Source: Prasinococcaceae sp. CCMP 1430
Lineage: Eukaryota > Plantae > Prasinodermophyta
Reading direction: 5' to 3'
DNA: 64,000 nt
Assembly: GCA_013416795.1 (NCBI GenBank)
Contig: RQSC01000018.1
Span: forward strand, 21,002 to 85,001
Below the pieces are notes generated by a model. The model was not told where the DNA came from. It saw only the letters and a program-made list of their open reading frames with translations, and did no database searches. How positions within the stretch are numbered: the first letter of the stretch is position 1; each line of letters opens with the position of its first letter. Below, one piece after another: positions 1-12,300 of this stretch. A program made the position numbers and the translations under genes.

Positions 1-922
1 CGCCTCTGAGGAAGAGTCCCAGCAGCGTCCCCTACACCAGCGGTGCACTCCGAGTCGCCGACCGCCGCTGCCGCAGGCGCATACAGTAAAATAGCGCGCG
101 GCCGCGTTACTTCGCGCCCCGGGCGTTCCAGCGCTCGCCACGCCAGGCCACGGCGCGTCCACAGCCTGGGACTGCGTCGCCCTCCGCGCCAGGCCCGCGC
201 CTCGCCGGGCGGTTAGCGCGCGTCGCCTCCCTCTTCCCGCCACGTCCACTGATGGGTCGCCACCGGTGCGACGGCACGCGATGCTTCTTTTTTTAGGGCC
301 TCTCGGATCGATCGTTTCCGAGGCCGCGATTCGGCCCGCGCGCCCGTCTCGGCGGGCGTCGGCGGCGGGGGGGCGCCCCGCCGCACGGCGCGGCGCGCGC
401 GCGCGGCGGGCGCGGGAGGGTCGCGGATTTGATTTTTTCGGCGCGGCGTCCGATATCGACGCCGATGTCGCGTCGGTCAGCGTCGGTCGCCGCGCGATGT
501 TATGAGTGCCGAGTGGCGGGCTGGCATGCAGCGGCAGGCTGGGAGCCTGGGGGAACGCGGACTCCGAGACGCGTCACCGCGTGGCGTGCCTCCTCGGCGG
601 ACGTACAGGCGCCCGCGTTGCTGAGAGGAGGATGGGGAGAGAGGCCGTGGCGCGCACGGCGCCGGTGACCGCCGACCACCGCCCACACCGACCGCGCCCC
701 CACCGCCCCGCGCACGCGCTGTGCGCGCGCAAGCCGCCCTGTGGCACCACGGCGTTGGCACGGAGCGACGGGGAGTCCGAGGGAGACCCGGCGCGGAGGC
801 ACGCACGCGTCTGGCCGGCCGCGTGCGACGTGCTCCTGCTTTCAGAAGAGCCTTCTCTGGTTGGGTTTTTGCTGGGTTCCGGTCGGGGTATTAGGGTGTA
901 AGATCTAGGGTTTGTATCAGGG

Positions 923-2629
923 GTGGTTCCGGTCGGGCCTGCGGCCTGCGCGCGCACGCGAGTGGGCGGCGCGTGCGGGCGCAGGGCAGACGGCGTGCGC
1001 CGCACGCAGCTCTCGCGGGATGGCGTGCGGCGGAGCGCGCCTCGGCGCGAGAGAGTCCGGCGCGAGGGTCGCAGGCGCGACGCGCTCCTCGCGGCCGGCG
1101 CGGCTGCGGGCGCGTGGCAGCACGCGCCGCTCGCGGCGCTCGCAGACGCCCCACTGGGCACAGCAGCTGCCGAGGCCGCGGCGGAGAAGCTCTGGGACTT
1201 CCCCGTGCCCCTCACTGTCGAGACGGTGCGCGGCTGCGCGCCCGAGCGATGGGCGAGCGAATTCCGGGGCGCGATGGCGAAGACAGCGCGCCTGAAGGTC
1301 TCGCAGAACGCCTCGCTCGCGGCAGCGTACGCTCGGCTAGGCGGTGCGGGTGCTGGCGCCAAGGGGAAGAAGAACAAAAAGCCGCTGCCGGACCTGCTCG
1401 CGCTCGGTGACGGCTATGTCGGCGCAGCCGTCGCACAGGAGTTGGTGCGGCCGCTGCCGCCGCTCCGCGCCGGCGGTGTGGTGGGCAGGAGTGACGGCGA
1501 CGCAGCTGCGGCGATCCTCGGCAGCAGCAAATGGGCGGCGGTCACGCGCAGGCAGCGGGGCACGGGTCTCGCCGGTGCCGGGAGCGCGGAGCTTTACGCA
1601 TGGCCTTATCGCTTCGGGTGCGCGCTGATCGCCTACCGCAAGGACAAGCTGCGGCGCATGGGCCTGCCGGGAGGCAGGCCCCCGTCGACGTGGGCGGATC
1701 TGCTCTCGCCCTCGCTCAGAGGGCGTGTGGCATTTCCAGGAGCGCCGCGTGAACTGTGTGCGTACGCCCTGGCGGCGGCGGCGGACGCAGAGGGCAGGTC
1801 GCCAGGTGTGTCCACCGCTTCGCCGCTGCACACGCGCGCAACCCCACGCGTCCGCGCGCTGACTTCGTGGCGCGACCCTCGCGAACTGGCCCCCTCTCCG
1901 TGCGCCCTCACGCATCGTGCCGCCTCTCTCTCGCGCGCGCACTCCCTGCAGGCGATCCGGAACGGGTCAGCGAGGCGGAGCTCTCTGCCGCACTGGGCGC
2001 CCTGCGTGGGGCTGCGCTGTGCTTCGACAGCGGGCGCTATCTGAGCGCCTTGAGAGCAGGCGACGCGTGGGTGGCGGTCGGATGGTCGAGCGACGTCGTG
2101 CCGACGGCGTCGCGCTCTCCAACCACCATCGGGCACGTCGCGCCAGAGACGGGCTCGCCACTGTGGGCGGACGTGTTCGTGGCCCCCGCTGCAACCGAGT
2201 CGCACGGAGGTGCGCGCCGGTGCATCGCGCGCGCGCGCGCGCTCCATCTCGCCCACGCGACGCTCTGAGGTTCGCGAGCGCCCAGGGAAAGTCGCGCGCG
2301 TTCTCACCAACCAATGCTGACGCGCACCCCGGCGCACCCACCCTATGCGCACGTGTGGCGCCTCGCCAGGCGGCCTCTCGCACTCACCGCTCGCCGGGCA
2401 ATACCTCGAGTTCGTGTCGCAGCCAGCGCGCGCTGCCGACCTGCGCGGCGCCACGGGCGGCGCGAGCCCGCTGCTGCTCGACTGCGGTGCGGGGCTTCCG
2501 CAGATGTTCGGCCTACGTCCGCCCGAGTGGTTGCCGTCCGAGGCAGCGCTGGGGCGCAGCGCATTCCTCACCCCGCTGCCGCGCGCGGCGGAGGACACAT
2601 ACGCGCGTGCGATACGCTCAATGCGCTGA
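923..2629 (+). CDS. PotD/PotF-like (spermidine/putrescine-binding) solute-binding protein, plastid ENF2-like; 3 exons, true start uncertain
   Basis: Motifs PDLLALGDGY, YAWPYRFGCALIAYRKDKL, PSTWADLLSPSLRGRVAF, DAWVAVGWSSDV, GSPLWADVFV. Introns 1806-1951 and 2210-2369 (GT..AG, both phase 1) join the frames. Stop 2627-2629; TGTAA at about 2730. Confidence 0.8.
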
Positions 2630-2887
2630 GCAGTCGCGCGTGACGGCCTGCCCGAGGTGCTACCGCGCGCGGCCTCGGGGCGCACAGGGGCGTACGACAC
2701 GTCGCGTAGCCCGCACTCCAACCAGCGCATGTAATATCAACCACACACAGTCACACACACACGCACTCTCTCTCGGCGGGCCCACCGGCGGTCTGGCGTG
2801 TCGCGCTCACCTGATGGCTTACGAGAGAGCGAGCGACCGCGCTGCGCTCGCGTGAAACCGCCCAAGCGCACGCGGCGGGCGTGGAGC

Positions 2888-3186
2888 TCACTTCCTTCGC
2901 GGGCAGTTCTTGCACTGTCACGGGAGGGGGCGTCACAGAGGCGCGCGTCAGACCATCTCGCATCACGCGACGAAGATGACGACAAGCGTGCGAGCAGCGT
3001 GCACCGCGCGGCGATCGCGGCGCCGCTTGGCCGCTGAGCGGTGGCGTCACACACCAGATCCTTCGTTCGCTTCGGGTGCTTGCACTTGTCCAACTTCTTC
3101 TCGGCGCACACGGTCGCGAAGCCCTCAGACGGCGCCTCGGCATCGCCGCAGTCGACATCGCCGCCGTCCTCGGGCGACTCAAGCAT
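2888..3186 (-). CDS. Predicted 52-aa two-exon Cys/Lys-rich microprotein (MLESPEDGGDVDCGDAEAPSEGFATVCAEKKLDKCKHPKRTKDL|CKNCPRRK)
   Basis: ATG at 3186. Donor CTG|GTGTGT at 3054 and acceptor GACAG| at 2915 with a TGAC branch-like site give a 140-nt phase-0 intron. TGA at 2888-2890; GC3-rich codons. Confidence 0.55.
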
Positions 3187-4578
3187 GCCCGTGCGGCCAG
3201 CGCGCGGTACGCCGGCGGCGGCCGCGCGCGCGCACAGCCGCCGCGGCTGCGNCTCGCGCGCCGAGCACGCGCGCGCGCGCCCGCGCCCGCCGCGCCCCCA
3301 GCGACCCTCGCCTGGCTCCGACCCACCACGTGGGGGTCCCACAGACAGACAGCCGCCGTTCGCTCGCGCGCGTCACTCCTCTCTCTTCCTGACCTTCAGT
3401 CTGAAAGAGAACTGAGGATGACGCGATCACGTCACAACTCAGAGACGGCCTTTGAGTTTGCTATGAGGGGACTTGCCGGTCATCGTCAGCAAAAGAGTGG
3501 GAGCCGGGCGCGGAGCCAACCCGAACCCTTTGCAAACATCGCAGATTTGGGGTGAGATCACGACGAGCGTGAAAGGGTTTAATTCCGGAGGTGCGAGCTG
3601 TCTGTGGGCTGCGCGCGCAGCCTCGGCGGCGTCGGCGGCGCGCGCCCGAACCGGAACGCGGGCGGGCGGGGACCGGCGACCGCGCAGCACGGGGGAAATG
3701 CGGACGCGCGGGGCGCCGGGGTGGCCGGCGGCGCGGCAGGTGGCGCCGGCGAGCGAGTGCAGCACGATGATGGCAAGGTGCGGGCGGTTGACGTTCGATG
3801 CGCTGCGCAGACTTTTTTTTTTTTTTAGCGCACGGAAGGGGGAACGCGCGCGCGCGCGCGCGCGCGCGTGCGGGCCAGCGGGTTGCCCCCCGCGAGGAGG
3901 GGCTCTCTGGCCGCGTGCGCAGGGAGGGGTTCGGGATGGCACGTTTGTGCCCGCCACGGCTTCCGCGCCGGCGGGGATGCCCCCCGGGCGGCGCTGGCGC
4001 CCGTCCGCGCCTGCCCGGTGCGCGCTCGCGCGTCGTTGCGCTCGGGCGTTTTTGGTTGTGGCCGGTGAGCACCCGCATCCGTTCGGTGCGCGACGACGCT
4101 CTCGGCGACCGCGGCGCGGACGGCAGGGCGCGCGTGCGGGTGCCGCGCGTCGTCTCCACCCAACGCTGCGCTGGCCAGCCCTCAACGCCTTGCAGCGGGA
4201 GCGGATGAGCGCCGAGGCTGTGGGTGGGTGGGCACATGTGCTGCTTGCTGCGCGCGGACGACTGCTGCTGGCGGTCGTGCCAGCAGCCGCGACGCACCAG
4301 CTCGGGAGCGCGCACTGTCCACGCAGCAGCCCCCTTTTCGCGCCGCTCCACGCCCCAAGCGTGGCTCACGGTCGTTCCATGCGATGCACGCGCGCACGCT
4401 GCCATCGCTCGCTTGCCGCGCTGCTCCCTGACAGCCGAGGCTCCTATGCATACGCGCTGCCGCCGACCCCACGCTCCATTCGCGCTGCCGCTGGCCGCTG
4501 CCGTACGCCGCCCTCGCAATCTGCTCCGCCACGCGTGCTCCGTGCGCCTGCGCTCGCGCGCCCTCTCGCTGCGCGCAG

Positions 4579-7500
4579 GTGCACGTGTCGGACTTCGACT
4601 ACTTTGAGAAGCTCGAGGAAGGTGTGCGGCGGGCGTCGGCAGTGCCAGTGGTCGGCGCCCGCCTTCCGCCGCTGCTGAGTCGCGACGTCCTCTTCACGCT
4701 GGCTGTGCCGTGCGGCGTCTCTGGCGACACGTTTTACCGCAGCCCGAGCAACCGCATCGGCTTGTACTATTCGCCGCGGACCGCGGACCTGAACGCAGCC
4801 GAACTGGGAATGCCCAGGAGCGCGCCGCTGCCACCTCTGCTCGCAAGCGTCCGGGCGAAGGCCCGGCGTGCGGGCGAGGCGAGCGCGGCAAGGGACGGTG
4901 GGAAGAAGGCGCGCCGCGTGAAGCGCGCGTGGGCGGGCGGGCCGCTGACGGGCAGCTTCAGCGCCGCGGGTGGCGCACTCGCGGGCGCTAGAAAGGGCTA
5001 CACAGCACGCCACAACGAGGCGGCGGCCGCCGAGATAGAGCGGACCACCCTGCGAGCTTCGGGCAGGCTGCTGCGCACTGGCGACGCCGGCGCCGACGCT
5101 ACGTATGGTCGCGAGACTCCCATCTCTGGCTCGCGCCCGCGGCTGCCCGAGCGCTCAGCCACCGATGACGCGGCCGAGGCTGCCGCGCTCGCCGACGAGG
5201 TTGTCAGGTACCAGTGGTACCTTGAGCACGGCATGGATTCGTCGCTGGTGGCGCCCTTCCGCAACGAGTGGTTGGACAACGCGCTTCTGTTCGTGCCCGA
5301 CGGCCCCGGGCCAGGCGTATCGCGAGCTCGTTTCGACGAAATAGTCGACGAGTGCCAGGACGAAGTGCAGCGCGAGTACATTGGGGCCGCGAAGAAGGCG
5401 GTAGTTGACTACGCCCTCCTGGACGCCGCTGAGCGCGAGCGCCTCAACCTCACCGCTGTGCGCTCCATCATGCGGGGCAGACCGGACCTCGAGGCGGAAG
5501 GCCCCGACGCGCGCGCGGGCGCGCGCGATCTACCGCGGGCGTGGCGTGAGAGCGTGACGTTTGCACATGCGGCGATGGAGGGCAGCTTGCACGTGCTGAG
5601 CCCACACACGCTGCAGCTGGCAAGCATTTGGGAGGCCTTTGAGACCAAGCTGCTCGTGGACACGTCCTCGGCGGACTTCGTGCGCGCGATGCCCTTCCAG
5701 CTTGACGCAGTTCTAGGCTGGCAGCGAGAGTCGCGCGAGCGCGCGCGCGAGGCTCTGTGGAAGGAGTGGATCCCCGCGGCGGTGGCCGTGTTCCGCCGCG
5801 ACCCGCCTCGACCTGCCACAAACACTCCCGAGGCCCTCGCGGCATTCTACGATTGTGCGTCGACGCTGATGTCCAACCAGCTGCGTCGCATGACGGAAGA
5901 GAGCGTGCGGGCGTTCGAGTCGCTCTTCGTGCCGTTCGAGGATTGCCCGCTCGACAGCCTCAGTCCCACAGGCCAAACACCAATTTTCTGCGTGTCGGTT
6001 GAAGTAGGCGTGGACGGCAGCTACCTGCTGTCGCCCTCGTGGCCTGAGCTGGACGGCGCGCTGCGCGAGTGCCTGCAGAGCTCGGTCCTCGCGCCGGTGG
6101 GGTTGCCGCGCCCCGACGCGGAGATCAACCGCCGCGACGGCGCAACGGCGCTCGCCACCATGTCGGCGGACGACGAGCTTGTGCAGGGCGTCACTGCGCG
6201 CGTGGCCGCGTGCGTGGCGCGCAACAAGGCCGGCGCCGACTATGTCGTGGCCATGTTCGACCAGTTCTCCGAGCTCGCCTGCACCGACGTCGAGAAGCTA
6301 TGCGCTGAGTTTGACGAGGCCAACAAGCCTGCACCAGGTCAGGCGAGCAAGCAAGTGACCGTCAAGGCGTATGCTGATGCCGTGAACAGCTACCGTCGCA
6401 TCGCCGACCAGGTGATGGTTGCCGCGCCCGCCACAGTACGGATTGGCCTCGTGGAGGTGTCCACGGTCAGCATCAAGGCCACCCTGCGCGACAAGGCGCT
6501 CGGGCTCGCGCAGCGGCTGCTCACGCAGGTGCTCGGGCGCATGCGCGCCTCGAACACCGACGTCATTGCGCGCTACGAGAAGATTCAGGCCGAAGTGACT
6601 TCCACGTCGACCACCTCGGATGAGATTGTGTCCATGCGTAAGTATGTTGCGGCGCTGCCGGCCGTGTTGCGCGAGCTCGACGCCGAGATCAAGGTCAACT
6701 CGCAGCGCGAGGAGTTCTTGGCGGAGTGCTACTTCGACGTGCCCATGGACGACTTCCGAACGGCAATGGTGGCTTGCGAGTGGCCCAAGAAGGCCGCGGC
6801 CATCATCGAGTCCAACAGGACCAACATCGAGGACGAGCACGACAGGTTTGAGTCGGCCCTCAAGGAGCGCCGCGCGGAGTTCTCCGAGCTCCTTGGGGCG
6901 TACGACGAGCGGCTGCTCGCCTTTGACACAGCCGGCGAGCTCGACTGCACTGAGGAGTATGCCGAGGCCGTGCGCGAGCTGGACGCCAAGCTGGAGGACG
7001 CGGCCACCACCGCTGAGGACATCAACCGCGAGGAGGGCCTGTTCTCAATGCCGGTCACCAAGTTCAACTCGATCGCGACCATGCGATCGGGCCTCGAGCC
7101 CTACATCAAGCTCTGGACGACGGCGGCCGAATTCAAGGCGCGCGAGAATGAGTGGATGAACGCGGCGTTCGGTACGCTCGAGCCCGAGACCATCGAGGCC
7201 GCGGTGGGCGAGATGTTTCGCACGATCTACAAGCTCACCAAGGCGTTCGGCGGCGAGGAGCCGAAGGAGGAGCCACTCAAGGTGGCCGAGCACACGAAGG
7301 CGCAGATCGAGAAGATGAAGGGCGTGCTGCCGCTCATCAGCTGCCTGTGCAACCCGGGGCTGCGCGACCGCCACTGGACGGCCATCTCTGAGGTTCTCGG
7401 CTTCGAGCTGACCGCCTCAGACTCGAGCTCGTTCCGCCAGCTCGTCCGCCTGCAGGTGGCCGACAAGCTCGACGCGCTGACGGAGCTCAGCGACGGCGCC

Positions 7501-9326
7501 TCCAAGGAGTACTCGCTCGAGCGCACCCTCGACAAGATGCAGTCCGAGTGGGCGCCGCTCGAATTCGAGCTGAGCGCGTACCGCGAGACGGGCACCTTCA
7601 TCCTGAAGGGCGGCCCAATCGACGAGGCGCAGCTGCTGCTCGACGACCACGTGCTTAAGACGCAGTCGATGGGCGCCAGCCCCGCCGCCAAGCCCTTCGA
7701 GGATCGCATCGCCGATTGGGGCAGGCGCGTGACGGCCATGCAGGACATTCTGGACGCGTGGCTCAAGGTGCAGCAGGTGTGGCTGTACCTCGAGCCGATC
7801 TTCGGGTCGGAAGACATCATGCAGCAGATGCCCACCGAGGGCGCAGCCTTCCGCGAGGTCGATGACGCGTGGCGCGTCATCATGGCCGAGACTGAGAGCG
7901 CGCCCGCCATGCTGGCGAGCGCCGACCGGGAGGGGCTGTTGGACACGCTCAACGAGTGCAATGCCAAGCTTGACATCATCCAGAAGGGCCTCGACAGCTA
8001 CCTCAACAAGAAGCGCATGGCGTTCCCGCGCTTCTTTTTCCTCGCCAACGAAGAGCTGCTCGAGATCCTGTCGGAGACCAAGGACCCGCTGCGTGTGCAG
8101 CCCTTCCTGAAAAAGTGCTTCGAGGGCATCAAGACGCTCGACTTCCAGGACGCCGAGGACGCCTCGAGCCCGAACCACCTGGACATCGTCGCCATGAACT
8201 CGGCCGAGAACGAGCGCGTAGAGTTCACGCGCACGACAAACCCCAAGAGCGCCGCGGGCAACGTCGAGCGCTGGCTGATCGAGGTCGAGGCCATGATGCG
8301 CGAGACGCTGGTCGCGCGCGCTGCGGAGGGCGTCGCACACTACGCTCAGGTCGAGCGCGTCAAGTGGATCGTCTCGCACCCGGGCATGCTCGTGCTGTGC
8401 GGCTCACAGATCTACTGGACCAGGGAGGTGTCGGAGGCGCTCTCCACGGGCGGCACGGCCGGCCTCAAGAAGTACGAGGCTCAGTGCACCGCGCAGCTTG
8501 CCGATGTGGTCAACATGGTGCGCGGTAAGCTCACCAAGATGGAGCGCAAGACCGTGTCCGCGCTGGTGACGATCGACGTGCACTCCCGCGACGTCGTGTC
8601 CGACATGGCTGCGAAGGGTGTCTCGCTGACCTCCGATTTTGAGTGGCTCGCGCAGCTACGCTACGACCTCGACGCAGAGGGCATCGTGCAGGTCTCGATG
8701 ATCAACGCCACCAAGCGCTACGGCTACGAGTACCTGGGCAACAGTAGCCGCCTTGTCATCACGCCGCTCACCGACCGCTGCTACCGCACGCTCATGGGCG
8801 CGCTGCATCTTAACCTCGGCGGCGCGCCGGAGGGCCCTGCCGGAACTGGCAAGACAGAGACAACAAAGGTGGCCCAGCGCCGCGTGCGAGCACGGCGGCG
8901 GGGCGCGCGGCGGCGGCGGCGGCGGTGAGGAGGCGGGCGCCATGAAACGCGAGTGCTGACCCCCGTGCATCCCTGCGGCTCCCCCCTGCCCTTCCATCCC
9001 CCTCCGCCCTTTCCCCACCCACCCTTGCGCAGGACCTCGCCAAGGCGCTCGCCATGCAATGCATCGTCTTTAACTGCTCGGACGGTCTCGACTACCTGGC
9101 GATGGCAAAGTTCTTCAAGGGGGTGGCCGCCAGCGGCGCGTGGGCGTGCTTCGATGAGTTCAACCGGATCGACCTCGAGGTGCTCTCGGTCATCGCGCAG
9201 CAGATCCTCACCATCCAGCGCGCCGTCGCTGCCAGGCAGGATCGCTTCTTCTTCGAGGGCACCGACTTGCAGCTCGTGCGGACGTGTGCTGTGGTACGCA
9301 GCAGCGAGCCCACCTGTGCACGCTCA

Positions 9327-9381
<55 letters not shown>

Positions 9382-12300
9382 TCCCCGCGCCGCCGCGAGC
9401 CGTCTTGCTGACTGCCGTTTACCCTCTGCCCTGCCGCTCGCCGCTCGCAGTTCATCACCATGAACCCTGGCTACGCAGGCCGCTCGGAGCTGCCTGACAA
9501 CCTCAAGGCGCTTTTCCGCCCGGTGGCAATGATGGTGCCCAACTACGCGATGATTGCAGAGATCCTGCTGTACAGCTGCGGCTACCTGCAGGCGCGCGAC
9601 ATGGGCACCAAGCTGGTGGCAACATACCGCCTGTGCTCGGAGCAGCTGTCGAGCCAGGACCACTACGACTACGGCATGCGCGCGGTGATCGCCGTGTTGC
9701 GCGCCGCGGGCAACCTCAAGCAGAAGTACCCCGAGGAGGACGAGGCCGTGCTCATGCTGCGCGCCATCAAGGACGTCAACCTGCCCAAGTTCCTGCTGCA
9801 CGACATTGAGCTTTTCGAGGGCATCATGAGCGACCTCTTCCTGGGGGTCACGCTGCCTGAGCCTGACTACGAGGCGCTTAACGGCGCCATAGAGGCCAAC
9901 GCCGAGAAGCTCAACCTGCGCCCGGTGCCCACCTTCTTCCAGAAGATCCGCGAGCTCTATGAGATGATCGTGGTGCGCCACGGTCTCATGGTGGTCGGGC
10001 AGTCGTACGGCTGCAAGACGTCGATGTACCGGGTCCTCGGCGGCGCGCTGACAGACCTGTGCAACGAGGGTAAGATGGGCGAGAATGTCACTCACTTCCA
10101 TGTGATGAACCCCAAGTCGATCACCATGGGGCAGCTCTACGGCCAGTTCGACCCGGTGTCGCACGAGTGGACCGACGGCATCCTCGCGACGACCTTCCGC
10201 AACTGCTCGGTCGACACTCGGCCCGACAGAAATTGGGTCATCTTCGACGGGCCCGTGGACGCCATCTGGATCGAGAACATGAACACGGTCCTCGACGACA
10301 ACAAGAAGCTCTGCCTGATGTCTGGTGAGATTATCCAGATGAGCGATCAGATGAACATGATTTTCGAGGTGCAGGACCTGGCTGTGGCGTCGCCCGCGAC
10401 AGTGAGCCGCTGTGGTATGGTGTACGTCGAGCCGAGCGGGCTCGGCTGGAAGCCGCTCGTCGAGGCGTGGCTGCCTTCGCTGCCCTCGGCGCTCAGCGAC
10501 AAGTGCCGCGCGCAGGTGGAGCAGCTGTTCGACTGGCTAGTGCCACCCATGCTGCGCTGCGTCACGCGCGCGTGCCGCATGCTCATGCCCATGCAGGAGG
10601 CCAACATGGTGCAGTCGCTCATGCGTGCGTACCGCGGCCTCATGGCCGAGCTAGATGAGGAGGGCAAGGTGGAGGCGATGGGCGAGAAGGCGGTGGCCGC
10701 GTGGCTCGACTCGCTCTTCCTGTTTTCCCTGGTCTGGTCGGTCGGCGGCTGCGTTGACGAGGTCGGCCGCGAGCGCTTCGACGCGCTGCTGCGCAAGCTG
10801 CTCATTAATCAGCCGCCGGAGGAGTACAGGCAGTACGTGACGGGCGCCGCGCGCAAGGTGGCGCAGAACTTCCCGGAGAAGGGCCTTGTGTACGACTTCA
10901 CGTTCGACAAGGCGCGGGGCAAGTGGGCCGGCTGGATGGACGGCGCGCCCGACTTCAAGCCCGCCCCCGACGCCGAGTTCAACGCGCTGGTGGTCCCCAC
11001 GGCCGACACGGTGCGCTACACCTTCCTGGTGGACCTTTCGGTGACCAACGGCCACCCCGTGCTGCTCACCGGCCCCACCGGCACGGGCAAGTCCGCGTAC
11101 GTTAAGTCGTACCTCATGGGGCTCGACTCGGCCAAGTGGACGTCGATGTTCTTCGTCTTCTCCGCGCAAACCTCGGCCAACCAGACGCAGGATATCATCG
11201 ATGGCAAGCTCGACAAGCGGCGCAAGGGAGTGTTCGGCCCGCCGCTCGGGAAGAAGGCGGTCGTCTTCATCGACGACCTCAACATGCCCGCGCTCGAGAA
11301 GTACGGCGCGCAGCCGCCCATCGAACTGCTCCGCCAGGGCATGGATTTCGGCGGTTGGTACGACCGCAAGGAGCTCGTCATGCGCCGGCTGGTGGACGTG
11401 CAGTTCGTGGCGGCTTGCGGCCCGCCCGGTGGCGGGCGCAACGACGTCACCAACCGCTATCTGCGCCACTACCACGTGGTGGCCACCGCCGAATTTAGCG
11501 ACGCAGTGCTCACGCGCATCTTCACATGCATCCTCGACTGGTGGATGGGCGCGCGCGGCTACGGCGCGCCGATCACGCAGCGCAAGGCGCCGCTGGTTGC
11601 GGCGTCGATCGAGATCTACCGCACCGTGCAGAAGGAGCTGCTGCCGACCCCGTCCAAGTCGCACTACACCTTCAACCTGCGCGACATCTCGAAGGTGTTC
11701 CTGGGCACGCACCTCGCGCCGCCCAACATGGAGGACGGCCACAAGCTCATCCGCATTTGGGCAAACGAGTCGCTGCGCACATACCACGACCGCCTGATCG
11801 ACGAGGACGACCGCGGCTGGTTCTGCAAGCTGCTGTGCGAGCAGACCGAGAAGCACACCAAGGAGAAGATCACGAAGGTGTTTGGCCACCTGCCCGGCGC
11901 CAAGGCCGGCGAGAAGGGCTCATCCACCTTCAAGGACCTGCTGGTGGGCGACTGGATGGTCCCCGGCGCCGACAAGAAGCTGTACGACGAGATCACGGAT
12001 GAAGTTAAGATGCAGACCGTGCTGGGTGACTACCTGGAGGACCACAACGCCACCTCGTCGAAGCCCATGCCGCTCATCCTCTTCAACTACGCCGTGCATC
12101 ACGTGACGCGCGTGGCACGCGTGCTCTCGCAGCCTGGTGGCAACGCGCTGCTGGTGGGCGTGGGCGGCAGCGGCCGCCAGAGCGTGGCGCGCCTCGCGGC
12201 GTTCATGCAGGATTTCGAGGTGTTCGGCATCGAGATCAGCAAGCAGTACGGCATGGCCGAGTGGCGCGACGACCTGCGCCTGCTGCTGCGCAAGGCCGGC

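Noticed and set aside
9997-10022. Non-canonical AAA2 P-loop GQSYGCKT in dynein
   Set aside because: AAA2 is non-catalytic and variable among inner-arm dyneins; not evidence of decay.
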